Assembly: GCA_024679065.1 (NCBI GenBank)
Contig: JAGIQG010000009.1
Coordinates: forward strand, 81,282,001-81,346,000
Reading direction: 5' to 3'
Length of the DNA: 64,000 nucleotides
From: Sphyrna mokarran
Lineage: Eukaryota
The position numbers and the translations under genes are program-made. The notes under the pieces were generated by a model. That model made no database searches, was not told the origin of the DNA, and saw nothing but the letters and a program-made list of their open reading frames with translations. How positions within the stretch are numbered: position 1 is the first letter of the stretch; the number at the start of each line of letters is the position of its first letter. Shown here piece by piece: positions 1 through 9,099 of the stretch.

Positions 1-900
1 CTTCCTCTGGAGCAAAAATATCCTTCCTGACATAGGGAGACCAAAACTGTGCACAATATTCCCAGTGCTGTCTCACCAAAGCCCTGTATAACTACAGCAG
101 ATCAGACTTATGAAGACATAGAGCAGATACGAAGGAACTTTTCCCCTTTTAGCAGTAGATTCAAAAACCAGGGAGCATAAATTTAATTTCAGAAGCAGAA
201 AATTTTGAGGGATTGAAGGAAAAACCTTTTCGCTCAGAGGGTGTTGGGAATCTGGAACTCACTGCCTGAAAGTGTGGTGGAGACAGGAACCCTCACAACA
301 CTTATTTATTTATTTATTTTTATTTATTGGCTCTTGTATACAAAGAGCAACACAGCACGGGAAACAGGCCATTCGGCCCAACGAGCCCGCGCCGCCGTCT
401 TACCTCAAAGTGGCAAATTATTTTCCCTATTCTAATAAGTAAATCCTAATGGAAGAATCCAAATATGGGGACAATTTGTTTCCCAATCAGCCTAAGAGCG
501 AATTTTTGGGGTGTGGGAGGAAACCGGAGCGCCTGGAGAAAACCCACGCATCCACGGGGAGAACGCGCAAACTCCCGCAGACACCGGCCCAATTCCAAGT
601 GTCTGCACAGCTACAGCGGTAGTCACTGAGCTGTCCTGGTGCCCTTAGATGTTCCAGATAAAGCTTGCATACTCGACATGAAGCTCCAGGCAACCCATGA
701 ATCAACATCCAACATCCTCGCACCCCCTGCCGAATGCAAGCTTAAGAAGCATTTAGATGAGCATTTGAATTTGCAAAGCATACAAGGCTACGGATCAAGT
801 GTTTAGAATAGTTAGGAATAGAATAGTTCGGAGCTTGATGGCCGTCAGAGACAGGATGGGCCGAAGGGCCTCTTTCTGTGCTGTAAATGTCTATGACACT
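1..900 (+). mobile_element. Degenerate CR1-type LINE fragments (mixed orientation) in the J-C intron of cluster 1
   Basis: Decayed CR1 ORF2 C-terminal motif (…LGIWNSLPESVVETGTL…) and CR1 3' tail (gggccgaagggcct…ctatgac); paralogous to 24720-25245 and 58330-58680. Confidence 0.7.
301..744 (-). mobile_element. Cluster-1-specific retroposon insertion with V-SINE-like body, CR1-like 3' end and (TAAA)n tail
   Basis: Interrupts cctcacaaca|tttaagaa, which is contiguous in the paralogs at about 25065 and 58625. Possible TSD ctta (301-304, 741-744). Confidence 0.7.
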
Positions 901-2023
901 CTGACTGAGCCAAGATGGCCGAGAATGTAAAGTGACCAACTTCTGGAAAATTCCGATGTGGATTATATTTGACAGACCAGACTCGAGAGAAGATGGAATA
1001 TCACACCTGAAAGGTATCAGGGACTTCTTCAAACAGAAAATAGAAATGCAGATAGAAAAAATGCTGAAGACTAAATTTTATTCTCCTGTTGTTACGGAGA
1101 CAATGGAGTCTGATTGTCACATCTCAGTAGACATCCAAAACTCATCTCCTGTTGAGTTATATCCCAGAATGTGGAAATGGTCTGAGTTCAAAGTAAACTG
1201 ACTCTACGGTGAAAGACATGTTTATTATATTTCAGGAAACAACAGGGAAATGGGTTAAAAATCCAACTGTGTACCTGAGCTGTGTGTACTGGTGCTGGGG
1301 TGACAGAATGTGAGTTGAGACATTTTTCGGGTTCTCCAGTTTCCTCCCACAATCCAAAGATCTGCAGGTTCGATGGATTGGCCATGCTAAATTATTCCCA
1401 GTGTGTTCTTTAGGTGGGTTAGCAATGGTAAATGCAGAGTGTTACAGGGAGCCTGGGTACTTTTTGAGAGAATCGGGTGAAAAGATTTCCCTCACGTCTC
1501 TCAAAATCTGCTGCCCCTGTGATTAACGGGAAAAGTTTCCTCATATCTACCCGATCTCTGTCTCTCATAATTCTGTCGATGGACTGAATATCCTCCTCCT
1601 GCACTGTAGGGATTCAATGGCTAATAAAAAACTACACGGACTGTGTAAAGTTTTCACAGGTGAAAGGATCCATTTTAAATGAACCCTGTTGTGATCAATC
1701 GAGGGCGGGATCCCAGCTGATTATTCCTCACCCAGAGGAAAACAAAATTGGGATCCAGTTCAGGAAGTTAACAAATGAGGGACCCTGTCTGAGGACTGGT
1801 CACAACATGTACACAGCAAGATCCCACACACAGCAATGAGAACAATCAGCATTTCCAGTGATGTTGGATCCGGGATAAATGTCGAATTGAACTCATCCCA
1901 AACAGAAAGTAACAAAAGCTTGGAACACTGAAGCCACTGGATTGTGAGCCCTGCTGTGGCTGTTTGTCATCAGAACTTCAGCAAGAGATAAGCAGGGAGT
2001 GGAGAGAGCAGAGTGAAAGCTGG

Positions 2024-2032
2024 GGCAGGTGG
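2024..2032. promoter_or_regulatory. E-box GGCAGGTGG (kE2-type E2A site) in J-C intron, about 400 bp 3' of J
   Basis: Exact motif, conserved at 26185-26193 and 60378-60386. Function is inferred only. Confidence 0.4.
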
Positions 2033-2431
2033 CACCTCGGTGTCTCACTGTGCTGCTGCTGTGATCAGTTATATCAGAGAGTGAGACAGAGAGTTCAACT
2101 TCACATCAAACTCTGCCTGTGTGTGTCACACTGAGACCGACAGGAGTCTAGAGAGTGATTTCACTCCATGCTGCAGGAATGTGAACACAGTCTGCAAACG
2201 TCCAGATCTCCTCCACACGGTGGGTAAAAGCTGCTTACTGAAATCTTGCTGTTTAAAGGGGGGAATGGAAGGAAAGAAATACAGCTGGACTCCCTGTTCT
2301 ACACAATGTTCTTCAATCAACCATTTCATTGACTGTAACTTCCTCACTAACACCTTCAACTATTCAGTATTTGTGTTTGAGAAAGTTTCAGCATTGAAAG
2401 GGTTAATAACGGAGGATTGGGCTTTACTTAC

Positions 2432-2466
2432 TCAGTCTGAGTTTGGTTCCTTTAGCAAACGTAAGA
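2432..2466 (-). CDS. IGKJ: Ig kappa-type light chain J segment, cluster 1 (LTFAKGTKLRL)
   Basis: Minus strand reads T CTT ACG TTT GCT AAA GGA ACC AAA CTC AGA CTG A|GTAAGT; directly flanked by a 23-RSS; phase-1 donor. Confidence 0.95.
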
Positions 2467-2505
2467 CACACTGACAGCTTCCAGTGCAGGAGCTGTACAA
2501 AAACC
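2467..2505 (+). promoter_or_regulatory. Recombination signal sequence, 23-bp spacer (J1)
   Basis: Heptamer CACACTG 2467-2473, 23-nt spacer, consensus nonamer ACAAAAACC 2497-2505. Confidence 0.96.
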
Positions 2506-2767
2506 TCTGTCTCTGACTCACTCACTCACTCATCTCTTTCTCTCTCACTCTTTCTCTCTCTCTGTTCTCTCAATGTATCTGTGTTTTATTGGGAGTGTTG
2601 AGAATTTTAATTTGAGATGAAAATCTTTCAGCTGCTCTTCATATGTGAACATGGAGAATAAGAGGGAAACTCAAGGCCTTCAGTGAGCGGTGGACACCAC
2701 AGGGACTGGAGTGTGTAGTGGACAGTGCAAATAATTTGTTCAGTTTCCTTTCTTGTGTTTCTTAGAT

Positions 2768-3340
2768 ATTATATAAAACTGTGGGATGTGTCAGTACAGG
2801 AGGTGGGACTGTGTGTCCATTATTATATATTATATAAAACTGTGGGATGTGTCAGTACAGGAGGTGGGACTGTGTGTCCATTATTATATATTATATAAAA
2901 CTGTGGGATGTGTCCATTATTATATATTATATAAAACTGTGGGATGTGTCAGTACAGGAGGTGGGACTGTGTGTCCATTATTATATATTATATAAAACTG
3001 TGGGATGTGTCAGTACAGGAGGTGGGACTGTGTGTCCATTATTATATATTATATAAAACTGTGGGATGTGTCAGTACAGGAGGTGGGACTGTGTGTCCAT
3101 TATTATATATTATATAAAACTGTGGGATGTGTCAGTACAGGAGGTGGGACTGTGTGTCCATTATTATATATTATATAAAACTGTGGGATGTGTCAGTACA
3201 GGAGGTGGGACTGTGTGTCCATTATTATATATTATATAAAACTGTGGGATGTGTCAGTACAGGAGGTGAGACTGTGTGTCCATTATTATATATTATATAA
3301 AACTGTGGGATGTGTCAGTGCAGGAGGTGGGACTGTGTGT
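2768..3340. repeat. 61-bp minisatellite between J1 and V1 (about 10 units, one truncated to 36 bp)
   Basis: Unit ATTATATATTATATAAAACTGTGGGATGTGTCAGTACAGGAGGTGGGACTGTGTGTCCATT; near-identical tandem copies without spacers. Confidence 0.97.
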
Positions 3341-3345
3341 GTTAG

Positions 3346-3373
3346 GGTTTTTGTAAGGCTCTGTATCACTGTG
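3346..3373 (-). promoter_or_regulatory. Recombination signal sequence, 12-bp spacer (V1)
   Basis: Minus strand CACAGTG-ATACAGAGCCTT-ACAAAAACC; perfect heptamer and nonamer. Confidence 0.98.
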
Positions 3374-3671
3374 TAGGAGTAGCTGTTCCATTGCTGACAG
3401 TAATAATCAGCGACATCCTCATTCTGAACATTGCTGATTGTCAGAGTGAATCTTGTCCCAGATCCACTGCCGCTGAATCGGTCGGATACTCCTGATGCAG
3501 TAGTTGATGCACGATAGATCAGCAGTGCCGGTTTCTGTCCTTCTCGCTGTTGATACCAATTCACTGCATTGCTAACCGACTGACTGGCTGTACAGGTGAT
3601 GGTGGCGGTCTGTCCCAGGCTCACTGACAGTACCGGGGGAGTCTGGGTCATGATGATCTCTCCATTGATAC
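3374..3671 (-). CDS. IGKV: Ig kappa-type light chain V exon, cluster 1 (…[23 protein letters not shown]…WYQQ…[11 protein letters not shown])
   Basis: V-domain hallmarks (Cys, [17 protein letters not shown]); AG acceptor at 3672-3673; ends at a 12-RSS (V12/J23 is the kappa configuration); open frame. Confidence 0.97.
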
Positions 3672-3857
3672 CTGAGGGGTAATAGAGAAACAGAGTGAAG
3701 TCAAAACTGTCACAGAAAGAGGCTGTACAATGAGATATTGTTGGAGACACTGACTGTTCCTCTCCTTTCAGCATTTTCCCTTCAATCACAAGTCAGGAGA
3801 ATTGGATTGAAATGGAGAGCAGGAAAATATTGAAGGTGGAAAGAGAGAGATTAGTAC

Positions 3858-3906
3858 CTGCGATGCAGAATGCCAGAGGCCAGAGCAGCTGGATGGCTGA
3901 AATCAT
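3858..3906 (-). CDS. IGKV: Leader (signal peptide) exon of V1, MISAIQLLWPLAFCIA
   Basis: ATG at 3906 in ACCATG context; 49-nt hydrophobic exon; phase-1 GT donor at 3857-3856 compatible with the V exon. Confidence 0.93.
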
Positions 3907-3966
3907 GGTGTGTGCTCGTGTCCCTGTGCCTGGTTACTGATAAACTCTCCCTTCACTGGGCTCTGC

Positions 3967-4064
3967 TTTATAAAGCTGCAGCCTGTGAGAGTCTCACTGC
4001 CTGTTCCTCAGTTTGTAAATGGTCTGACCCAGAGAAACCACGTCAGCACCTTTCACTTCCTCTT
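3967..4064 (-). promoter_or_regulatory. V1 promoter: TATA box, PU-box, degenerate octamer, UPRE/CRE-like site, EICE
   Basis: TTTATAAA 3967-3974; GAGGAAC at about 4003-4009; ATTTACAA 4013-4020; TGACGTGG 4038-4045; GGAAGTGAAA 4051-4060. The motifs are identical in all three clusters. Confidence 0.75.
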
Positions 4065-4499
4065 CTTTTCTCTCTGTCCCTCAGAATCTGGCCCTCAGAC
4101 TCTGTCCCTCACTCTTTTGATATCTCTCTCAGTCACCATTTGTCTCTCTTTCTCTCTCTCTCTCTGTATTTGTCCCTCAGTTTCTCTCTCTCTCATTCTC
4201 AGTCTTTGTCTCTCAATATCTGTCCCTACTCTTTGTGTCCTTCACTCTGTTGATATCACTCCCTCAATTACTGGTCCCTATTGGAGGCTCCAGTGGGAAG
4301 GAGGCCCACTCTTCAATCTCTGAGTAACTCTTCATTTGTCTCTCTTTCTATCCACCACACTCTTGCTGTCTCACTTTTTTGTCCTTCCTGTCTCTCATTC
4401 TTTGTTTACCCTCTCAATGAGTCTTTCTTTCTCTCTCCTCATTCTCCCTCTCTCTATTCCTCTTAGTTTCTCCCTCACTTTATCTCATAATGTTATAGA

Positions 4500-6430
4500 G
4501 TCCTAGAGGTTTACAGGGAAGAAACAGGCCCTTCAGCCCAACATAGAACATAGAACATAGAACATGTCCATGCTGCCAGTTTTTTTAAACCCGTAACCAT
4601 AATTGCCCATGTTTAGCCCATATCCCTCTATACCCATCTTACCCATGGAACTGTCTAAATGCTTTTTAAAAGACAAAATTGTACCTGTCTCTATTACTAT
4701 CCCTGGCAGGTTGTTCACCCTCAGTGTGAAAAAATTGCCCTTTTGTGCAGTTTTGTAATTCTCCCCTGTCTTCTTAAACTTATGTCCTCTAGTTACTCTG
4801 CTACTTTTGGGAAAAGATATTGAATATCTGGCTGATCTATGCCCCTTATTATTCTATAGACGTCTGTAAGATCACCCCTCAGCCTTCTATGCTCCAGAGA
4901 AAAAATTCCAGCCTCTCCTTATAACCTAAACCATCAAGTCCCGGTACTATCCGAGATAAATCTTTTCAGCACTCATTCTAATTTAATAAAATCCTTTCTA
5001 TAACAGGGTGACTATATACAGTATTCAAAGTGTGGCCTTACTAATGTCTTGTATAAGTTCAACAAAATGTCTTGATTTCAGTATTCAATGTTCTAACCAA
5101 TGAAACCAAGCATGCCGAATGCCTTCTTCACCACCCTGTCCACCTGTGACTCCACTTTCAAGGAGCTATGAACATGTACCCTTAGATTTTTTTGTTCTGT
5201 AACTCTCCTCAATGCCCGAACATTAACTGAGTAAGTCTTGCCCAGGTTCAATCTACCAAAATATATCATCTCGCATTTATCTAAATTAAACACCAGTTGT
5301 CATTCGTCAGCCCACTGGTCCAATTCAGGTTGCAATTGGAGATAACTTTCTGCACGGTCCACTATGCCACCAATCTTGGTGTCATCTGTAAAACTACTAA
5401 CCATATCTTCTATATTCTCATCCAAATCATTGATATAAATGACAAATAACAATGGACCCTTCATCGATCCCTGTGGAACATCACTCATTCTCTTTGTTCC
5501 TCTGTATTCACATCTCACTCTGTCCCAGAAGAGGCAGCATCCTCCTGGTATCCACTCTGTCAATCCCCTCACAATCTGATATGTTTCAATAAGATCACCT
5601 CTCATTTTTCTAAACTCCAATGGGTTCAGGCCCCATCTTTCCAATTTTTCTTCAAATCATAACCCCTCAACCCAGAAATGTGTTGTGTGAATCTTCTCTG
5701 AACTGCTTCGAACACAATGAAATCCTTTTTCAAATAAGGAGAGCTAAACTGTACATAGTATTCCAGATGTGGTCTCACTGAGACCCTGTACAACTGCAAT
5801 AAAATTCCCTATTTTTATATTCCATTCTCCTTGTAATAAACACCAACATTCCATTTGTTTTCCTAATCACTTGCTGTAGCTGCAGACCAACTTATTGTGA
5901 TTCGTGTCGCAGGACAGCCAGATCCCTCTGTAGCACCGAGTTGTGCAATCTCTCTCCATTTCAATAGTTTACTGCTTTTCTATTCTTCCTGTTAAAATGG
6001 ACATCTTCACATTTACACAGGTTGAACTCCACATGTTTAGCCACTCATTTCTCCTGCCTCTACCCTTTATAGATTCTCTACCTCATCTTGATAACTTACT
6101 TTTCCCACCTATCTCAGTGTCATTGGAACATTAGTTCAAGTCATTCCCTTCATCCAAGTTATTGATATGGATTGTGAATAGTTGTAGTCCTAGTACTGAT
6201 TCATCCAGAATTCCACTAATCACAGCTTCCCAACCCCAAATCAATCATTTATCCCTCTCTCTCATTTTTGTGAGCTAACCAATCCTCTATCTTTGCTAAT
6301 ATGTTATCCACACACCATCATATCTTGTGTAGTAACATTTGATGTGGTAACTTATCAAATACGTTTTCGAATTCCCTATACATCATGGCTATAAGTTCCC
6401 CTTTATCCATTTTGTGACCTCCACAAAGAA
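4500..6430 (-). mobile_element. Nested degenerate CR1-type LINE fragments
   Basis: (AGAACAT)n tail at about 4540; RT motifs VPQGS…GPLLFVIYINDLD…FTDDTK in broken ORFs; paralogous to 28260-30000 and 62580-64000. Confidence 0.85.
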
Positions 6431-6488
6431 GACAATGACATTTGTATAACAGAAAGAAACTGCTCCACATCGACCATGATGTCCATGT

Positions 6489-6724
6489 CCCACTGGAGCC
6501 TCCAATAGAGAGCAGTAAACACGGGTCTCCTTCCCACTGGCGTCTCCAATAGGGTGCAGTAAACATGGGCCACCTTCCCACTGGAGCCCCCAATAGAGAC
6601 CAGTAAACATGGGCCTCCTTCCCACTGGAGCCTCCAATAGGGACCAGTAAACATGGGCCTCCTTCCCACTGGAGCCTCCAATAGGGACCAGTAAACATGG
6701 GCCTCCTTCCCACTGGAGCCTCCA
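6489..6724. repeat. 44-bp minisatellite (about 5.3 units)
   Basis: Unit CCCACTGGAGCCTCCAATAGGGACCAGTAAACATGGGCCTCCTT starting at 6489, 6533, 6577, 6621, 6665 and 6709. Confidence 0.95.
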
Positions 6725-7529
6725 GCAGCTGAGCTTCAAACTCCACATCCTCTCCATCATGTTGGACTTTTATTTCCACAACATTGTCTGTCTCGACACG
6801 ACATCATTCCCTCATGTAGAGTAACCCTTATCCCTGCATGTTCCACCTGCTCACTCTGTTATTCCAATATCGCCTCCCAGCTCCCCTCATCCACACTCCA
6901 TAAACCTCATCTTGTCCCAAATGCAGTAGGTCCAGAGTCTATCTCAGACCAAGTGTCGTTCCAACACCACCCCCACCTCACTGATCTATCACCCCTGACC
7001 TCACTGATCTATCACCCGTGATCTCAGTGATCAATCACTCCTGAGCTCATTTATCTTTCATCCCTGACCTCACTGTCCTCTAATTCTCTCCATGGCCTCA
7101 CTCCCCCGTATCATGCTCCAGATTCACATTTCTCCCTCACCTTCCATCTACCGACTCTGCTCCCTGGCCCATCACTGCTTCCTTCATCCCACCATTGACA
7201 GCAGAGTCTTGAAGCACCCAGGCCTTGCTCTCTGTCCTCCCACCCTTCATCCGTCCCTCTCTTGAAATCTTTCTCCTCATCAAACTCCATTCTTTCACCC
7301 AAGCCTTTGATCTCTCTTCCGAAACTACCCCCAGCCACTTCTCCATTCCTCTTATGCTGCTCTGTGAAACATAATGGGCTATGTTATATACTAAGGTGCT
7401 ATATAAATTCAGGTTCTGTGTAGATTTTGATTGGGGACAGTGGTGAAGGCTTTTGCAGTCAAATATCCTGCTGACAGGATCCAGACTTCAACACACAGAA
7501 TGGGACATTGTGTAAAGTAGGAATTCTTA

Positions 7530-8520
7530 AAAATGTATTCATTGATGGGATGTGGGTGTCACTGGCTGTCCCAACATTTATTCCCAATCCCTAATTGTCC
7601 TTGAGAAGGTGGTGATGAACTGCCTTCTTGAACTGCTGCAGCCCATGAGGTGTACATACACCCACAGTGCTGTTAGGGAGGGATTTCCAGGATTCTGACC
7701 CAGTGACAGTGCATGAACAGAGATGTATTTCCATTTCAGAATGGCATGTGGCTTGGAGGGGAATCTCCTGGTGATGTTGATCCCAGGGATCTGCTGCACT
7801 TGTCTTTCCAGATGATAGTGGTCATGGTATTCAAAGGTGCTGCCTCAGGAACCTTGGTGAGTTCATGCAAGGCGTCTTATAGATGGCACACACTGCTGCC
7901 ACTTTTCGACAGTGGTGGAGGGATTTAATGTTTGTGAATGGGGTGCCAATCGAGTGGGGCTGCTTTGTTCTGGATGATGTTGAACTTCTTGAGTGTTGCT
8001 GGAGCGCTTCTCATCCAGACAAGTGGAGAGTATTCCATCACACTCCAGACTTGTGCCTTGCAGATGGTGGAGAGGCTTTGGAGAGTCAGGATGTGAGTTA
8101 CTCGCTGCAGGATTCCTATCCACTGACCTTCTCTTGTAGCCACAGTATTTATAGGCTGGTCCAGTTCAGTTTCTGGTCAATCATAACCAACAGGATTTTA
8201 CAGTGGGGGACTCAGCGATGGTAATGACATTGAATGTCAAGGGGAGATGTTAAAATTCTCTCTTGTTGGAGATGGTGATTCCGTGGTACTGATGTGGCAT
8301 GAATGTTACTGCTTCAATATCTGAGGAGTTGTGAATGGTGCTGAGCATTGTGCAATCATCAGTGAACATCCCACTTCTGAAGGTCATTACTGAAGCAGCT
8401 GAAGATGGTTGTGTCTCAGACACGACCCTGAGGAACTCCTGCAGTGATGTCCCAGGATAACTCCCTCCTGACTGTATCCCACTGTGCCTTCTGTGCTGGG
8501 AGATTGGAGATAGTGAACAC
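7530..8520 (-). mobile_element. Degenerate non-LTR retrotransposon (second CR1/L2-group family), RT C-terminus and 3' UTR
   Basis: Fragments …FTDDCTM… and …STICKAQVWSVMEYSPLVWM…KFNIIQNKAA; paralog 31030-34010. Confidence 0.75.
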
Positions 8521-9099
8521 GATTCACCATTTTCTCCCGTCTCAGTAACAAACATCCAGCTGCTCTGAGCTCCTTCTTTCACTTCCTCTGTTGGTTACGT
8601 TTCAATCTTCCGATCTGACAGTCTTTGCAGTTATTTTTGACACTGGGGATTTGTGCTGTGGTCTGAATCTCTAACAATAACTGTCCAATCAGTGTAAAGA
8701 ACAACAGCTCAGAGCAGTCAGGACTGAGGAGCCAGGCTCACTGGGAAACACATTGGGAAGATCAAAGACATGGTCTTCAGCTCCCGATACAAACTCCATC
8801 CCTCCCCCTGAGCACTGTCTGCTGCATCGGCACCCCCACATCCTTGATTTGCGATTGTTTCCCCAACCTACTTCCCCACTGCCCTGATCACAGGCCCCGA
8901 CTTCCCCATCCCCACCTCCCCTTCCCCAATAGATTGACCTCATGATGGCTTCCCCACCTCCTCCAATTGCCGGCCCTGACACCCCACTCGCGAATCACCA
9001 GCCTCCTCCCAATGGCTTCCTCAACTGGAAGGTTCCTACTGAACTCAGCAACAACTCTGGTCTCCCCCACCACCGCCCCACCTTCTCCACATCCCAGCT

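Noticed and set aside
2467-2473. Non-consensus J heptamer CACACTG as an inactivating change
   Set aside because: The critical CAC, the spacer length and the nonamer are intact, and position-5 variants are tolerated in functional RSSs.
2121-2474. Conserved 117-aa plus-strand ORF over J (also 26282-26635 and 60475-60828)
   Set aside because: It is antisense to J and the intron, has a non-ATG start and shows no recognisable domain. Recent duplication explains the conservation.
2768-3340. 61-bp and 44-bp arrays as CRISPR arrays
   Set aside because: They are head-to-tail units with no unique spacers and no cas genes, in a vertebrate context.
2432-3671. Germline-joined VJ genes
   Set aside because: All three V and J pairs are split, with facing RSSs.
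3286-3789. 167-aa ORFs as single-exon proteins (also 27077-27580 and 61394-61897)
   Set aside because: The N-terminus is intron read-through and the C-terminus reads through the RSS. The true structure is leader exon plus V exon.
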